Assembly (NCBI GenBank): GCA_963769935.1 | Contig: CAVYNY010000021.1 | Coordinates: 1-64,000 of the forward strand | Source of the DNA: an uncultured delta proteobacterium | Lineage (GTDB): Bacteria > Desulfobacterota > Desulfobacteria > Desulfobacterales > JAFDCJ01 | Reading direction: 5' to 3' | DNA length: 64,000 bases | Shown here: piece by piece, positions 61,133-64,000 of the stretch | How the letters are laid out: each line of letters starts with the position of its first letter | Position numbering within the stretch: position 1 is the stretch's first letter | Translations under genes and position numbers: made by a program | Notes under the pieces: model-generated | What the model saw: only the letters and a program-made list of their open reading frames with translations | Databases searched by the model: none | Told to the model about the DNA's origin: nothing

Positions 61133-61371
61133 CTCCTGTCTGGATTGTTCTGCAATTCGTGAATAAAAGTCCTTGAAATTTAAACTTATTCAGCATAAAA
61201 GTCAAAACAATTTTTTTGACTTCCTCAAATCACCGTCGTACTATTTAAATTTTAGCGTGTCAGCCAATTCGGGTAGTCGGAAAAAATCAGGACCAGCCCA
61301 AGGCCGGATGCACGCCAGTAGTGGATATGCTATTTTTCAGGGCGGATCAATTAAAAGGAGCAAAACAATCC

Positions 61372-62685
61372 ATGAGAATGATAAATATCGGTCTGCTTGG
61401 TTGCGGTACGGTCGGTACCGGCGTGGCAAGGTTGCTTATCGAGAACCAGGAGCTGCTTACCGCCCGGGTGGGGGCAATTCTGAATTTAAAATGGGTGGCG
61501 GATATTGATATTGAAACCGATCGGGGTATTCGGCTCCCCGACGGTGCTTTAATTACCGATGCCCAAAAAGTAGTCAGCGACCCGGACATCGATATCGTTG
61601 TCGAAATGATCGGCGGCCAGGGGATCGCCAAGGATCTTATCCTTAAGGCAATTGAAAACGGCAAGCATGTCGTCACGGCCAATAAGGCGCTCCTGGCAAG
61701 CCAGGGCAACGAATTGTTCGCAGCGGCAGCGCAAAAAAACGTCGATCTGGCTTTCGAGGCCAGCGTCGGCGGATGTATGCCGACCATTAAATCGATGCGG
61801 GAATCGCTGGTTGGAAATCACATCAGGTCCATGACCGGCATTCTGAACGGCACCTGCAACTACATATTGTCCAAAATAACGGACGAGGGAATCACATTTG
61901 AAGAGGCTCTGGCCCAGGCGCAGGAACAGGGTTATGCCGAAGCAGACCCGACGCTGGATGTCGAAGGGTTCGATACCGCCCACAAACTATCCATCCTGTC
62001 GGCCCTGGCCTACGGCATGGAAATTAATTTGAAAGATGTCTATATTGAAGGGATTTCCAGGATTACACCGCTGGATATCGCCTTTGCCGAACAGTTCGGC
62101 TATCGGATCAAATTGCTGGCAATCAGCAAATTCCTGAATGACAGGGTGGAAGCCCGGGTGCATCCCACAATGATACCGTTTGACAATCTTCTGACCAACA
62201 TCACCGGTACCGTAAACGCCATCACGGTTTCCGGTGATGCCGTCGGTGATATTTTGCTGTATGGGCACGGCGCCGGCATGATGCCCACCGCCAGTGCCGT
62301 CGTAAGCGACATCGTCGACATTGTTCGCAATATTCTCTCCGGTGCCGTCAACCGGATCCCGGCCCTTTCCTATCAGCGGGACTGCATTCGCAAGATCCAG
62401 ATATTGCCCATTGATGAACTGGTGACCCACTATTATTTCAGATTTTCCGCTCTGGACCGGCCCGGAGTGCTTTCAACCATATCCGGAATTCTGGGAAAGC
62501 ACGATATCAGCATTCAATCTGTGCACCAAAAGGGTCGCAAAACCGATGGTTCCGTGCCCCTTGTGATGCTTTCCCATCGGGTTAAAGAGGCGGATGTGAA
62601 ACAGGCCTTGAGCGAAATCAGTGCTCTGGATGTGGTTGGCGGCGAACCGGTACTCATTCGAATCGAAGATGATGAGATGGATTGA
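61372..62685 (+). CDS. hom: Homoserine dehydrogenase with ACT domain
   Basis: GCGTVG, TANK, NGTCNYIL, GYAEADP, DRPGVL. Confidence 0.96.
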   Translation: MRMINIGLLGCGTVGTGVARLLIENQELLTARVGAILNLKWVADIDIETDRGIRLPDGALITDAQKVVSDPDIDIVVEMIGGQGIAKDLILKAIENGKHVVTANKALLASQGNELFAAAAQKNVDLAFEASVGGCMPTIKSMRESLVGNHIRSMTGILNGTCNYILSKITDEGITFEEALAQAQEQGYAEADPTLDVEGFDTAHKLSILSALAYGMEINLKDVYIEGISRITPLDIAFAEQFGYRIKLLAISKFLNDRVEARVHPTMIPFDNLLTNITGTVNAITVSGDAVGDILLYGHGAGMMPTASAVVSDIVDIVRNILSGAVNRIPALSYQRDCIRKIQILPIDELVTHYYFRFSALDRPGVLSTISGILGKHDISIQSVHQKGRKTDGSVPLVMLSHRVKEADVKQALSEISALDVVGGEPVLIRIEDDEMD

Positions 62686-62761
62686 TTTGGGCTTATAGAG
62701 CTATCACAGCGACAAACTATTGTCGTTAATTAAAGCTGCTGTTAAGTCCTTCGAGGCCGAT

Positions 62762-62800
62762 GCCGGATACTGGATACTGGATGCTTGTAGCTTGATACTA
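62762..62800. repeat. GGATACT heptamer run
   Basis: Reverse complement of the 20170-20200 unit. Confidence 0.6.
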
Positions 62801-62862
62801 GATTGTAAATTGGACTTAATTATAGGAACTAAAATATATTTTTTTTAAGGATTAAAAAAAAT

Positions 62863-63471
62863 ATGGACCTTGTATGTTCGGATCTCGAAGGAATCTTTAC
62901 CCCGGAAATTTGGATTAATGTCGCTGAAATTACCGGTATCGAAGAACTCAGACTTACCACCAGGGATATATCTGATTATGATGTTCTGATGCAAAGACGA
63001 CTGGCCATTCTAAAAGAAAATAACTTAAAACTGGATGATATCCAGACGGTTATCGCCCAAATGGACCCCCTGGAAGGCGCCTTTGAATTTTTAAACTGGC
63101 TGCGGGCCTTGGTGCCGGTCATTATCGTGTCGGACACGTATGTCGAGTTTGCCGGTCCTTTGATAGAAAAACTGGGGCGCCCCACCCTTTTTTGCAACAC
63201 GCTTACGGTCGCTGAAGACGGGTCCATCAGCGGTTACAACCTGCGCCAGCCGGATGGCAAGAAAAAGGTGGCGCAAGCCTTGAAAACGCTGAATTACAGG
63301 GTGATCGCCATCGGGGACTCCTACAATGACATTACGATGCTCAAGGCTGCCGACCGTGCGATCCTCTACCGTCCACCGGACAATGTGGCAGCGGAACACC
63401 AGGAATTGCCAACCGCTTTTAACTATGAGGGATTGAAAGAACAGCTGCTTAAAATTTTGGACCACGGGTAG
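62863..63471 (+). CDS. thrH: Phosphoserine phosphatase/homoserine phosphotransferase
   Basis: DLEG..PEIW, TTRD..DYDVLM, GDSYND. Confidence 0.94.
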   Translation: MDLVCSDLEGIFTPEIWINVAEITGIEELRLTTRDISDYDVLMQRRLAILKENNLKLDDIQTVIAQMDPLEGAFEFLNWLRALVPVIIVSDTYVEFAGPLIEKLGRPTLFCNTLTVAEDGSISGYNLRQPDGKKKVAQALKTLNYRVIAIGDSYNDITMLKAADRAILYRPPDNVAAEHQELPTAFNYEGLKEQLLKILDHG

Positions 63472-63519
63472 TATAATGCCGAACGCCGAATGCCGAATGT
63501 CGAATTATGGATTTAGCAG

Positions 63520-63625
63520 TTAGCCGGTTTGCCCGTTTGCCGGTCTTCCGGTTTGCCGGTTTGCCGAAACTGGTCAATGTGTCAACGTTCTACCGGGCCG
63601 ACGGGCTCAACGGGCCAACCCGTCT
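63520..63625. repeat. CCGGTTTG octamer / AACGGG inverted repeat
   Basis: Matches 43698-43806. Confidence 0.75.
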
Positions 63626-63702
63626 CAGTGCAGGATTGAGGCAGATAAGCATGTCCTAAAAACACCTATTTTAATCAACCAGTTGTAGAAAGTCCGAGAC
63701 AT

Positions 63703-64000
63703 ATGTTCAGCCATCGCACGACTTACCGCGTTATCTACGGCGACACCGACAATATGGGGCAGGCCTACTACGGCAACTATTTTCGCTGGTTTGAAATCGG
63801 CCGCAGTGAAATGTTCAGATTCCTGGGACTGCCCTACAAAGCCGTAGAGGAGAACGGAATTTTCCTGCCGGTTGCCGAATCCTATTGTAAATATGCCATG
63901 CCCGCCAGATATGATGATGTTTTAATAATTGAAACGTCGCTTGACCCCGAAATTAAAGCCGGACTAAAATTCGACTATAAGATTCTCAAAGAAGATGGAA
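63703..64000 (+). CDS. YbgC/FadM-family acyl-CoA thioesterase (runs off window)
   Basis: MFSHRTTYRVIYGDTDNMGQAYYGNYFRWFEIGR. Confidence 0.9.
   Translation, partial: MFSHRTTYRVIYGDTDNMGQAYYGNYFRWFEIGRSEMFRFLGLPYKAVEENGIFLPVAESYCKYAMPARYDDVLIIETSLDPEIKAGLKFDYKILKEDG

Overview
Chromosomal window from what looks like a Desulfobacterota/Desulfobacterales-type deltaproteobacterium (inferred from gene content and repeat style). There are two regimes. (1) 1-11.6 kb is the minus-strand tail of a surface-polysaccharide locus: MarR-type regulator, nucleotide-sugar dehydrogenase remnant, DegT aminotransferase, CapD-like dehydratase, SQD1/SqdB-like enzyme and a WbpB-WbpD fusion. It runs into an array of toxin-antitoxin cassettes (MNT/HEPN, AbrB/VapC, Fic), each bounded by a conserved repeat made of a 9-bp-period arm plus a covarying hairpin. 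Many accessory genes here keep both ends but have lost the middle. (2) 11.7-64 kb is mostly core: ExeA-OmpA, TrxR, ispD, rnpB, tRNA-Ile(CAT), rpoD, dnaG, hisA/hisB, tRNA-Ala(CGC), YcaO-TPR, dynamin-like GTPase, GAF-cyclase, tex, dtd, dacB, folE2, rpoZ, greA, asd, psd, tsaB, lon, pilD, a 2-oxoacid:ferredoxin oxidoreductase operon, mltG, GGDEF-EAL, nagZ, tsaD, purM, hom, thrH. Its intergenic spaces hold nested short-period inverted repeats and MITE/REP-like elements. Frameshifts in dnaG, lon, korB and others look like sequencing indels. All product calls come from motif recognition by eye; no database searches were run.
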